The notes: generated from the letters alone by a model not told the origin. 63,155 nt of DNA, filler included, from an uncultured Synergistales bacterium (GCA_937897575.1; 5 parts of 5 records of this genome joined end to end with filler, not necessarily neighbours in it), one strand, 5' to 3'. Shown: positions 9,111 to 18,743, counted from the first letter of the whole stretch. Made by a program: numbers and translations.

Positions 9111-10502
9111 ATGTCGACATTCAGGATGTGGGAAGTTTTTGCCAAGGCCGATGAGGGGCAGTTCTTTCAGGATCAGGGGGAGTGGATGCTCAAGAGCTTC
9201 ATCCCCAACATGCGCCGGGTCATCAAGGAGTACAACGTCAAGTACGACGGAAAGACCATCGTGAACTGCGACGACGATCTCGCGGACCGCGTGTGGGCCG
9301 CGGCGAAGGATTTCTTCGTCTCCGTGGGGGTGTACCACCAGGAGACCCACAGGGTGATGAAGTTCTCCGAGGACGAGGTGAACGAGGTCCTCTACACGAA
9401 GCGCCCCAAATACATGATCGGTGCCGGGCACGACCAGCGGTGGCTCCAGGTCCGCTCCGTGGAGGACAAGGAGCGTCGGCCCTTCCACCTCTTCAGCCCC
9501 GACGCGAACTTCAGCACCGACATCCACAAGAAGGCCTGCATGGCCTATCTGAAGGAGCCCCTCTTGGACGGGCTCTGCGCTCCCCTCCTGGAGGACTTCA
9601 TGGGGAGAAAGGCCACCTCCCAGACGCCCACCGAGGTCGCGGCCGCCATGGAGCACGCCATGAACCTCCGGGACGCCCAGCGCCTCGTGGGGAAACCGGA
9701 CGTGTGGACCGTGTCCGTGGGCACCGCCGAGACGGATCAGGCCCAGATCGCGGCGGCCAACGACGAGTGGGGCGTCCGAAGCGGCCACAGGGACGGCCGC
9801 ATGGTCTCCATCCTCACGGAGATGACCACGAACAACGCCATGCTCAACAAATCCCTGCACTACCGGTCCTACGGCAACGTCTTCGGCAACCTCTGCGGCG
9901 CCATCTACGGCGGCCACGCCGGGGGCGCCGAGGGGACGGCCATCCTGCAGACGGCCTACAACATCCAGGGGGCGTGCCTCTACGGGTCCTGCTGGGCGCT
10001 GAACTTCCCCTTCCACCTGAAGTGGCAGTCCACCACCACGAGGGAGCTTCTGTGGCTTCAGAGCGTACTCAGCCAGGCCATGTCCAGAAACTCGAACCAG
10101 ATCTACCTGAACAACCTGTTCGCCAACGCCGGCCCCGGTACGGAGCAGCTCTACTGGGAGTGCGCCAACCACGCCCTCGCCACCGAATCCTCCGGCGGCA
10201 ACCCCTGGGGGGCGGCCACCTGCCGGAACAAGTTCACCGACTACGCCACGCCGCTGGAGTCCCGGTTCTACCACGAGGTCTCCGAGGCGTCCTTCACCAT
10301 GCGCCTTACGCGGGCCAAGGCGGACGAACTCTGCCAGAAGATCATGGAGAAGTACGAGTCGCTCATCCCCGTGGACAACTACGGCCACAAGATTCAGGAG
10401 GTCTACGACATGGACCGGATCGCCCCGCGCGCCGAGTACCTCGACCAGTACAAGCGGATGAAGGACGAACTCTCCGCCATGGGACTGGAGTTCCCCTACT
10501 AG
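9111..10502 (+). CDS. mtmB: Monomethylamine:corrinoid methyltransferase MtmB-family protein lacking pyrrolysine
   Basis: 463 aa; GVYHQETHRVMKFSEDEV, GGHAGGAEGT, HLKWQSTTTRE, AGPGTE, GHKIQEVYD, MGLEF resemble MtmB along its whole length; no in-frame TAG; next to a corrinoid protein. Confidence 0.85.
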   Translation: MSTFRMWEVFAKADEGQFFQDQGEWMLKSFIPNMRRVIKEYNVKYDGKTIVNCDDDLADRVWAAAKDFFVSVGVYHQETHRVMKFSEDEVNEVLYTKRPKYMIGAGHDQRWLQVRSVEDKERRPFHLFSPDANFSTDIHKKACMAYLKEPLLDGLCAPLLEDFMGRKATSQTPTEVAAAMEHAMNLRDAQRLVGKPDVWTVSVGTAETDQAQIAAANDEWGVRSGHRDGRMVSILTEMTTNNAMLNKSLHYRSYGNVFGNLCGAIYGGHAGGAEGTAILQTAYNIQGACLYGSCWALNFPFHLKWQSTTTRELLWLQSVLSQAMSRNSNQIYLNNLFANAGPGTEQLYWECANHALATESSGGNPWGAATCRNKFTDYATPLESRFYHEVSEASFTMRLTRAKADELCQKIMEKYESLIPVDNYGHKIQEVYDMDRIAPRAEYLDQYKRMKDELSAMGLEFPY

Positions 10503-10582
10503 GATACGGCCCCGCCGCGGAGAGCCTCGTGCGCCCTCCGCGGCGGGGCCGTATCCAAGTAGGGGAACTCCAGTCCCATGGC
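10476..10582. repeat. 47-bp-arm inverted repeat covering the mtmB 3' end and running to the contig end
   Basis: 10476-10522 is the reverse complement of 10536-10582 with one mismatch; inner part looks like a terminator stem. Confidence 0.9.
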
Positions 10583-10682
10583 NNNNNNNNNNNNNNNNNN
10601 NNNNNNNNNNNNNNNNNNNNNNNNNNTTAATTAATTAANNNNNNNNNNNNNNNNNNNNNNNNNNNNNNNNNNNNNNNNNNNN
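10583..10682. other. Artificial contig linker
   Basis: N-run, TTAATTAATTAA (stops in all six frames), N-run. Confidence 0.99.
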
Positions 10683-11477
10683 GGCCCCCAGGGCGACCGT
10701 CGCCTTGGCGAACTGGATGGTGGCCTCGGTGATGATCGACCCGCCGAGGAGCATGCCGAACTGCATGCCGATGATGGTCATGATGGGGATCATGGCGTTC
10801 GGCAGGGCGTGCCTGAAGATCACCACGCGCTCCTTCTGCCCCTTGGCCCGGGCGGTCCGGATGTAGTCCGACCGGATGACCTCGAGCATGCTGGACCGGG
10901 TGATCCGCGCGATGATGGCGATGGAGGACCCCGACAGGGTCAGGATGGGGAGCACCATCTCGCTGACGGTGCTGAACCCCATGGAGGGGAACCAGCCGAG
11001 GTGCACCGAGAAGGCCAGGATGACCAGCAGGCCGAACCAGAAGGTCGGCATGGAGACCCCCAGCAGCGTGATGAGGGTCACGAAGCTGTCCAGGAGGGAG
11101 TACTGCTTGATGGCGCTGATGACCCCCATGGGGATGCCCACCAGGGTGCTGAAGACCACGGACCAGAAGGCGAGCTTGATGGTGGTGGGTATCCGGTTCG
11201 CCAGCTCCGAGGACACGGAGCTCTTCATGACGTAGGAGTACCCGAGGTCCCCCTGGAAGATCGCCTTGTAGAGATAGCGGCCGAGCTGCACGATGTAGGG
11301 GTCGTCCAGCCCCTGCTCCGCCCTGAAGGCGTCGATGGCCTCCTGGGTCACCTCCTGGCCGAGGGCGATCCGCGCCGGGTCGCCGGGGGTGAAGTAGAGG
11401 ATCGTGAAGATGATGACCATGACGCTGAGAAAAACGGGGATGAGCTGCAGAATCCTTCGGATCACGTACTTGAGCAA
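10683..11477 (-). CDS. Peptide/nickel ABC transporter permease (DppB/OppB family), 3' truncated
   Basis: TTG after AAGGAGG; PGDPAR, GDLGYS, RSSMLEVIRSDYIRTARAKG (EAA loop), HALPNA. Confidence 0.92.
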
Positions 11478-11921
11478 AGGCGATCCCTCCTTGGTGTGGA
11501 ACGACGTTGACAAGACCGTGCGGTTCGGTGCAGAAGCAGAGAGAGCGAGGTGCCATCTTCGATGAGCGTCCGGAGCGGTCCGCCGCCGGATGCCTCCGGG
11601 TCGGGCCTTTTCGACGGGTACTCCGTCGGTCGCAAATGGTCGACCAAAATGTATCACATCGACTCCGAATTCGTCAAGAAAAATTTCACGAGCGTGCCTC
11701 CCGACGGGCAACCCTTCAGAGGAGTGAGGCCGTGACGAAGAACGTTGCAGAAAAGGAAACGAGGTGGTTGACTGAGAGGGGACGCCCCTTCGGGTATTTT
11801 TCAGTAGTTTTACTGAGAGCCTTTCAGGGGGGACGGAGTAGCATGAGGAACACTACAATTTTTCCGGTCTCTTCGCACCGCTGGCCTCCAGGCGTCGTCT
11901 CTCGCCGGCCATCACGCTGTC

Positions 11922-12707
11922 ATGACAAGGAGGGGTTCCGTGTTCCCTTCACCATCTTCCTCTGCTGTTCGCAGAACAGTTCAATGCATCATCGTCTCCC
12001 TCGTTCTCCTGGCCCTCCCGGCGGCAGCCCGCGCGGAACTCCCCTGGCGGGAGCACCCGGTCGAATGCGGCGAATCCCTCTTCACAGTGGCCTCCCGGTA
12101 CGGCGTCTCAACCCTGTCCATAGCCCAGGCCAACGAACTCGCCCCCGACGGCTCCCTTGAGGAGGGGCGGACGCTCCTCGTGCCGAAGAGGGGCTCCGAC
12201 GTGGTCGTGACCATGGCCGAGGTTCGCGCCCGAAAGCGGGGCGAGACGGTGGTCCCGGAGCTCAAGAAACCGCGGAACACCCTCCCCGTCGTACGGCCGA
12301 CGGAGGAGCGGGGCGACGCCCTGCACGCCCGGCGGGCGGAGACCTTCATCATCCCCGTGGCGGGGGTCGTCTCGTCCAGGTACGGCAAACGGGGCTCCCG
12401 GTTCCACGACGGCATCGACATCCCGGCCCCGGCGGGCACGCCCATCGTGGCGGCCAAGTCGGGGACCGTCATCTTCTCGGGGCGGCAGAACGGGTACGGC
12501 AACACCGTGACCGTCGACCACGGCGACGGCACCGTCACCCGGTACAGCCACAACTCTGCGAACCTCGTCAAGAAGGGCCAGTGGGTGAAGCAGGGCCAGC
12601 CCATCGCCAAAATCGGCCGAACGGGCCGGTCAACCTGCAATCACCTGCACCTGAGCCTCTTCGTCAACGGAAAGCGGGTCAACCCGGGGAAGCACTTCCC
12701 CTACTGA
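11922..12707 (+). CDS. LysM plus M23-family metallopeptidase
   Basis: N-terminal hydrophobic segment, LysM (HPVECGESLFTVASRYGVS), HDGID, YSHN, HLH motifs. Confidence 0.9.
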   Translation: MTRRGSVFPSPSSSAVRRTVQCIIVSLVLLALPAAARAELPWREHPVECGESLFTVASRYGVSTLSIAQANELAPDGSLEEGRTLLVPKRGSDVVVTMAEVRARKRGETVVPELKKPRNTLPVVRPTEERGDALHARRAETFIIPVAGVVSSRYGKRGSRFHDGIDIPAPAGTPIVAAKSGTVIFSGRQNGYGNTVTVDHGDGTVTRYSHNSANLVKKGQWVKQGQPIAKIGRTGRSTCNHLHLSLFVNGKRVNPGKHFPY

Positions 12708-12741
12708 CCGGACGCCCCCTCGCCTCTCCTCCGGGCGGCCT

Positions 12742-13506
12742 CTAGTCGTCCCAGGGGAAGAGTATCCAGCGGCGCCCCTCCACCACGTCGTAGATCCTCC
12801 CGTACCTCCGGTCCCATGCGTATATCCCGTTCGAGGCGGGCTGCCCCGCCCCGTTCAGGAACGTCATCCGCTCGTCGATGGCCCGACCCCTCCGGACGGT
12901 CCCGCGCACCGGTCGGGCAAAGGGGAGGCTCCCCACGGTCCGCTTGGCCTCGGGCCACTGCCCGAAGACCGGGGCAAGGCCCCGCCGCTCCATCTCCTCC
13001 ACTATGAGGCCGTACTCGGCGGGGCTCGTGGTGATGAAGGTGAACTTGGCCCGCGACGAGTTCATGAACCGCTCCATGAGGTCGAGGGCGAGGGCGTCGG
13101 CGCCCTGCTCCCCGAGCCGGAGAAGGTAGAGGGCCCCCAGATAGACCCCGTCCGCCGCGGCGAGGGGCGCCGGGACGAAGGACGGCCGGAGAAACCCCGA
13201 CACCCTCGTCCATCGGGCCGGGTCACCCTCGGGGTAGAGCGCGTCGATCAGGGCGACGGCGTTGGCCGCCTTTCGCCTGGGCGACAGCTCCTTGGTGAAG
13301 AGGGACGTCCAGAGCCCGTAGGGCGTCCTCTGATCGGCCTCGTATCGCAGCTCCTCGTGAAGCGCCCGGGCCGCCTCCCGCCCCTCGGCCCTCCGCGTAT
13401 ACCGCTCGGCGAGCTCGTTGAACCGGTCGTCCTCCGCCCAGGCCCGCCCTCCGGCCAGGAGGGCGACCACCACCAGCATCCAGAGACACACCCTCGTGCT
13501 TCTCAT
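12742..13506 (-). CDS. Hypothetical exported protein
   Basis: ATG after GGAGGTG; signal peptide MRSTRVCLWMLVVVALLAGGRAWA; last gene of the recF-mnmG run. Confidence 0.7.
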   Translation of the reverse strand: MRSTRVCLWMLVVVALLAGGRAWAEDDRFNELAERYTRRAEGREAARALHEELRYEADQRTPYGLWTSLFTKELSPRRKAANAVALIDALYPEGDPARWTRVSGFLRPSFVPAPLAAADGVYLGALYLLRLGEQGADALALDLMERFMNSSRAKFTFITTSPAEYGLIVEEMERRGLAPVFGQWPEAKRTVGSLPFARPVRGTVRRGRAIDERMTFLNGAGQPASNGIYAWDRRYGRIYDVVEGRRWILFPWDD

Positions 13507-13531
13507 GAAGACCACCTCCGTTCTCGTTCTC

Positions 13532-13991
13532 TCATCGGCCGGGGAACCGAACCCGGTACAGGGCCATGAGGGACGCGAGCCGTCGCGCCGTCTCCTCCTG
13601 CCCCGGGGGGAAGGAGCCCCGGATCCGCTCCAGTTCCTCATCCACCGCATCCTTCGGCGGGGTGACGCGCACGGGGCGCCGCCTGGCCGGCTGCGTCGGC
13701 GCCCGGACGCTCCCTACGGTGACCTTCAGGGAGGTCACCGTCAGGCCCGTCCGCTCCGACAGGGCTCTGGCCACCGTTCCGCCCCGCATGGACAGGGCTT
13801 TCGCCGCCGTCGGCGTCTCGGCCCGAACGAACAGGACCCCTTCGGCTCCTCCTCGCCAGCGCCGGTCCGACGACGGCCTCCCACTCCTCGCGGACGCGGG
13901 GAAAGGCCAGTTTTTCCTCGGCTCCCTCGGGCAGGGCCCCGTGAAGAAGATCTCCCATGGCCCGGAGGGCCCTCGGCCCGCGCCTCCTCAC
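13532..13991 (-). pseudogene. DUF721/DciA-family protein, frameshifted
   Basis: EEWEAVVGPALARRS in one frame continues as EGVLFVRAETPTAAKALSM...SLKVTVG in another; shift near 13845; downstream of recF. Confidence 0.7.
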
Positions 13992-15874
13992 CCCGCCGTC
14001 CTCCTGCTCCCCCAGGCGTGGAGATAGACCGTGACGAGATGGATGTCCGTGGGCGTGACGCCCGCGATGCGCCCGGCCTGCCCGACGGTCCGGGGCCGGA
14101 TGGCGGCGAGCTTCTGCCGGCTCTCCGTCAGCAGCCCAGGGATGGCGTCGTAGTCCAGGCCGTCGGGGAGGCGCAGGTCCTCGAGCTTCTTCACCCGGGC
14201 CACCTGGCGGCCCTGACGCTCGATATACCCCTCGTACTTGACGGCCACCTCCAGGGCGAGGGGCTCGTCGCCCCGCAGCCCTTCGTCCGGGGGGGCGAAC
14301 CGCGCCACCATGGCGTAGGGCACGTGGGGGCGGCGCAGCAGTTCGGCGCCGGTCACGGACTCCGAGAGGGGCGCGGACCCCACCTCGGCGAGGGCGGCGT
14401 TCAGCCCCTCCGAGGGAGCAACCCGGACCCCGTTCAGCCGCTCGATCTCGTCGTCGATCCGCCGCCATCGGGCGCAGAGGGCGCTCCACTGCTCGTCGGA
14501 CAGAAGTCCGAGCCGGCGGCCGATTGGGGCGAGGCGCCGGTCGGCGTTGTCGTGGCGAAGGAGGAGCCGATGCTCGCATCGGCTTGTGAGCATCCGGTAG
14601 GGCTCGTTGGTCCCCTTGGTGACGAGGTCGTCCACGAGGACGCCCATGTAGGCCTCGGATCGGCCGAGGACGAGGGACTCCTCCCCCCGCACGGAGAGGA
14701 CGGCGTTGATGCCGGCGAGCAGCCCCTGGGCCGCCGCCTCCTCGTACCCCGACGTGCCGTTGATCTGGCCGGCGCAGAAGAGGCCCGGCAGGGCCTTGAC
14801 CTCCAGGGACGGGGCGAGCTGGGTCGGGTCCAGGGCATCGTACTCGATGGCGTACCCCGGCCTGGTGATGTGCGCCCGGGAGCACCCGGGAAGGGTCCGG
14901 ACCATCTCGAGCTGCACGTCGAAGGGGAGGCTCGTGGAGAAGTTCTGCATGTAGACCTCCCGGTTGCCGGCCGACACGGGCTCGAGGAAGACGAGATGGC
15001 TCCCGCGCTCGGGGAACCGGAGCACCTTGTCCTCGATGGAGGGGCAGTACCTCGGGCCCGAGCTCTCCATCCACCCCATGGAGAGGGGGGACCGGTCGAG
15101 ATTCCTCCGGACGAGGTCGTGGGTGGCCTCGTTGCTTCGCGTCAGGTAGCAGGCGTAGCCCTCGTACACCCGGCCCTCGTTCCAGAGGGAGAAGGCCAGC
15201 GGTTCGGCGGCGCTCCCCTGGGCGACGAGCTCCTTCGTGTCGAGGGAGTCGAGGTGGAGCCTCGGGGTGGTGTCGGTCCTCATGCGCCGCATCCTGAGAC
15301 CGCGGCGGGCCAGGTCCCCGGACAGCGCCAGGGAGGGGGGCTGCCCCATGGGCCCCGAGGGGAAGCTCGCCGTCCCGAGGAACACCCGGCTCCCGAGATA
15401 GGTCCCCGTGGCGAGCACAACGGCCCTCCCCTCGTAGAGGAGCCCGAAGGCCGTCCCCACGCCGCGGACCCGGCCGCCCTCCACATGGAGGCCCGTCACG
15501 TGCTCCTGACGGACGTCGAGGTTCTTCTGGGTCTCCGTGGCCAGGATATAGTGCCCGGCGTACCGGCCGAGATCGCACTGGGCCCGGAGGGCCTGGACCG
15601 CCGGCCCCTTGGAGGTGTTGAGCCACCGGACGAGCATGGTCGAGCTGTCGGCCGCTTTGGCCTGCTCGCCGCCGAGGGCGTTCCCCTCCCGGACGAGGTG
15701 CCCCTTGGCCGGGCCGCCTATGGAGGGGTTGCAGGGCATGGCCCCCGTGTTGTCCAGGGCGAGGTTGAGCTGCAGGACCGAGGCCCCCATCCGGGCCGCG
15801 GCGAGGGCCGCCTCGCACCCGGCGTGCCCCCCTCCGACGACGATGACGTCGTACCTCTTCTCGTAGGGGATCAC
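13988..15874 (-). CDS. mnmG: tRNA uridine 5-carboxymethylaminomethyl modification enzyme MnmG (GidA)
   Basis: GGGHAGCEAA, MPCNPSIGGPAKG, GPRYCPSIEDK, AGQINGTSGYEEAAAQG, EPYRMLTSR. Confidence 0.98.
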   Translation of the reverse strand: MIPYEKRYDVIVVGGGHAGCEAALAAARMGASVLQLNLALDNTGAMPCNPSIGGPAKGHLVREGNALGGEQAKAADSSTMLVRWLNTSKGPAVQALRAQCDLGRYAGHYILATETQKNLDVRQEHVTGLHVEGGRVRGVGTAFGLLYEGRAVVLATGTYLGSRVFLGTASFPSGPMGQPPSLALSGDLARRGLRMRRMRTDTTPRLHLDSLDTKELVAQGSAAEPLAFSLWNEGRVYEGYACYLTRSNEATHDLVRRNLDRSPLSMGWMESSGPRYCPSIEDKVLRFPERGSHLVFLEPVSAGNREVYMQNFSTSLPFDVQLEMVRTLPGCSRAHITRPGYAIEYDALDPTQLAPSLEVKALPGLFCAGQINGTSGYEEAAAQGLLAGINAVLSVRGEESLVLGRSEAYMGVLVDDLVTKGTNEPYRMLTSRCEHRLLLRHDNADRRLAPIGRRLGLLSDEQWSALCARWRRIDDEIERLNGVRVAPSEGLNAALAEVGSAPLSESVTGAELLRRPHVPYAMVARFAPPDEGLRGDEPLALEVAVKYEGYIERQGRQVARVKKLEDLRLPDGLDYDAIPGLLTESRQKLAAIRPRTVGQAGRIAGVTPTDIHLVTVYLHAWGSRRTAG

Positions 15875-16323
15875 GAGCTCCGCCCCTCCTCGCACTTGGC
15901 GCCGGACAGGGGAAGAACCTGCCCGCCGTCCACGCGCCAGACCTGCCCGGGCCAGGCCCGGACCACGGGCTCCGCCGCCGTGGCGATGACCTGCCAGCCC
16001 ATCCGGTGCAGCACCGCCACCGTGCTCTTCCGCCCCTCCTCGTCGAGCTCCGAGGCGATCTCGTCCAGCAAAATGATGGGGGCCTTCCCGAGGCGACGCT
16101 CCACAACCCGCCCTGCGGCGAGCATGAGCGCCACGGAGGCCCGGCGCTTCTGCCCCCGGCTCAGCAGAGACCCCGCCGCCCGCCCCCCGCTCGTTATGAG
16201 CAGATCGTCCCTGTGGGGCCCCACTAGGGGAACGCAGCAGCGACACTCCCGCTCCCGCGCCGCCTCCAGGGACTCCCACCAGTCGGCGAGGGGGTCGCGC
16301 TGCCTGCCGCCGCCCCCGCGGTG
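15871..16323 (-). CDS. recF: DNA replication/repair protein RecF, C-terminal part (5' truncated)
   Basis: GPHRDDL, SRGQKR, PIILLDEIASELD motifs. Confidence 0.9.
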   Translation of the reverse strand, partial: HRGGGGRQRDPLADWWESLEAARERECRCCVPLVGPHRDDLLITSGGRAAGSLLSRGQKRRASVALMLAAGRVVERRLGKAPIILLDEIASELDEEGRKSTVAVLHRMGWQVIATAAEPVVRAWPGQVWRVDGGQVLPLSGAKCEEGRSS

Positions 16324-16423
16324 NNNNNNNNNNNNNNNNNNNNNNNNNNNNNNNNNNNNNNNNNNNNTTAATTAATTAANNNNNNNNNNNNNNNNNNNNN
16401 NNNNNNNNNNNNNNNNNNNNNNN
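16324..16423. other. Artificial contig linker
   Basis: N-run, TTAATTAATTAA, N-run. Confidence 0.99.
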
Positions 16424-18131
16424 GGCATCCCCCTCCAGGAGCAGCTGATACACAAGGACCTCCCCGCGCTGGAGTCCGTCCTCGGCCTGGGGCTTACCTA
16501 CGGCCTGCTCAAAGGCCGGGGAAACTACGTTTGTCTTCTTCGCGCCGAGGAGACCACCGGCGCGTCGGGCACCGAAAGCGGCTACCTCTCCTACGGAGAC
16601 GGAGGTGCGGCTTCACGGCAGGTGGAGGCCTGGGTCCGAAGAACGACGACGGGCGACCTCGGAGCTCTCCCTGCCTCCCGATTCCCCCGCAGTGCTCCGT
16701 ATCGCGGCGTCCTCCCGGACCTGCCTCGGTTTTCGCTGTCCGCTGCGGGAGGCGTGTTTCGCACAGAAGGTCCTGAAGGATGCGCAAGGCTGGTCCGTCG
16801 TCGTGGCGAACTACCACCTTTTCTTCTCCTACATACTGGGCAGCGGCAACCCCTTCCCCGTCTCATACGACCTGTTGATCTGCGACGAGGCGCACAAGAT
16901 ACCGGACGCCGCACGGTCGTCCATGACGGTGACCGCTTCGCGCGACGACCTCGTCCGGTTGTTGCGGAGCAGAATTTTCCTGTCCGACGATTCGTCGTCG
17001 TCGGTTCGGGCGACCAATGAGGAGAGAAGCGCCGTCGCCGCGGAGATCCGCCAGGAGGCGGTCCGGTTCTACGAGCTGCTCGAGGTGAAATGCCCGCAGG
17101 CCAAGGCGGCCTTCACGTCGCGGAACGAGGAGCTGTGGCATCAACAGCAGGTTGTCTCGGAGAAAATCCGCACGCTCCTCGACATGGTTGCCCCGGAGAC
17201 GGACGGGGAGGACGAGGAGGAGGACGGCGCCATAGCCGTCTGGACCGAGGAGCTTCAACGCGCTCGAACCGCCCTGGAGTGGTGCGCGTCGGTGGGGCAG
17301 TACCCCGAGTGGGCCTATTGGAAGGACGGCGCTTCGCTCTCGAGCGCCCCCGTGGTGTCCTCCGCCGAGGCGTCACAGTGCCTCCAGTCCGGGGCGGCGG
17401 AGAAGGCGTTCTTCGTCTCCGCCACGTTGACCCTCGGCGGCACGTGGGACTACTGGATGCGGGAATCGGGCATCCGCCCCACCGCCTTCTTCATCGGAGG
17501 GTCGTCCTTCGATCTGGAAGCCCAGATGGAGATCGTGGTGGTGGACACGGGGCTGTCCGTCACCGACACTGAGTACGACGGGACGGTTTGCCGCGTCGTC
17601 GAGAAACTGACGGAGGCCAACGGCGGTCGGACGCTCGTGCTAGCCAGCTCGCACCGGTTGCTGAAGAAGTTGGGGGAGACCTTCCGGAGAAAGAGGAGGT
17701 CCTACGCCGTCCTCGTCCAGGGCGACCTGCCGAGGACGGAGCTGCTCGAGTTCTTCCGGAAGGACGAGACCTCCGTCCTGATAGGCAGCGCCTCCTTCCG
17801 GGAGGGCGTGGACGTTCCGGGCGGCGGACTGACCCAGGTCATCATCGACCGCATCCCCTTCCCGCACCCGGGCGACCCCATGGTCCAGGCGCGGACGACC
17901 CTCGAAGGGCAGGCCGCCTTTTGCCGGAGCACTCTGCCCGAGGCCAAGATGGTGCTGAAACAGGCCGCCGGCCGCCTGATCCGGAGCACGACGGACTCCG
18001 GCAGAGTGGTGATCGTCGATGGGCGCGTGCTGGACCGAAAGGACTGGAACATCCCCGCCGTGCTGCCCAGGGTGCGGTATCGCCGGCTGTTCGTCCCGCC
18101 GAAATCGGTTGCCCCTTCCGAAGCGGTGTGA
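16424..18131 (+). CDS. DinG/YoaA-family Fe-S helicase, 5' truncated, with an apparent 2-nt frameshift at ~16660
   Basis: LQEQLIHKDLP and LKGRGNYVC in the first frame; C..CP...CF, VANYHL, DEAH, SATL, FREGVD, KQAAGRLIR in the second. Confidence 0.88.
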
Positions 18132-18137
18132 TATAGT
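18109..18137 (+). promoter_or_regulatory. Sigma70-type promoter of the rpmH operon
   Basis: TTGCCC-17nt-TATAGT with extended TG. Confidence 0.6.
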
Positions 18138-18203
18138 ATCAAGGTTGAAAAAAAGCTGCGAATGCAGCATCATCTGTATGATTGCAGTCGGGAGGTGTAC
18201 CCC

Positions 18204-18338
18204 ATGAAGCAGACGTTTCAGCCCCACAACAGGCCGCGAAAGAGAAAGATGGGCTTTCTTGCCCGTTCCAGCTCTCCCACGGGACGCCGAATTCTCCGCA
18301 ACAGGAGGAGAAAGGGCCGCGCACGGCTGGCCGTATAG
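18204..18338 (+). CDS. rpmH: 50S ribosomal protein L34 (not in ORF track)
   Basis: MKQTFQPHNRPRKRKMGFLARSSSPTGRRILRNRRRKGRARLAV, RBS GGAGGTG. Confidence 0.97.
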   Translation: MKQTFQPHNRPRKRKMGFLARSSSPTGRRILRNRRRKGRARLAV

Positions 18339-18341
18339 CCT

Positions 18342-18743
18342 GTGCGGCTTTTTTTTCCGAAATCCCTTCGCCTGCTCCGTGGATGGGAGTTTGACCTTGT
18401 CTTCCGCACCGGCAATCGACTTCGAGGCGATCTGGTGCGGTTAGTGTTTGTGGAGGCGCCCGACGGACGGCGGCGAGTAGGCATGGCCGTCGGACGAAAG
18501 CAGGGCAAGTCCCACGTCCGGAACCGGGGACGGCGGGTGCTCAGGGAAGGGGCCCGGAGGCTTCTCCCTTGGGTGCGGGAGGGGGTCTGGATCATACTCT
18601 CTCTGCGGAGCGCAGGATTGACGGCAAACGCACGGGACGTTTATATGGACCTCGCCGCGGTGCTTTCCCGCGAGGGGCTCCTCACGCTCGATTGGCCGGG
18701 ACCCAATTGGAACTGCCCGAACGAAGGTGGCCCGACACGATGA
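18342..18743 (+). CDS. rnpA: Ribonuclease P protein component
   Basis: GMAVGRKQGKSHVRNRGRR (RNR motif); follows rpmH. Confidence 0.93.
   Translation: MRLFFPKSLRLLRGWEFDLVFRTGNRLRGDLVRLVFVEAPDGRRRVGMAVGRKQGKSHVRNRGRRVLREGARRLLPWVREGVWIILSLRSAGLTANARDVYMDLAAVLSREGLLTLDWPGPNWNCPNEGGPTR

Noticed and set aside
9111..10502. Pyrrolysine recoding in mtmB
   Set aside because: No in-frame TAG; the only TAG is at the expected C-terminus, and no pyl genes are in the window
10583..10682. TTAATTAATTAA recurring four times as a biological repeat
   Set aside because: Always centred in identical N-runs; an artificial six-frame-stop contig linker
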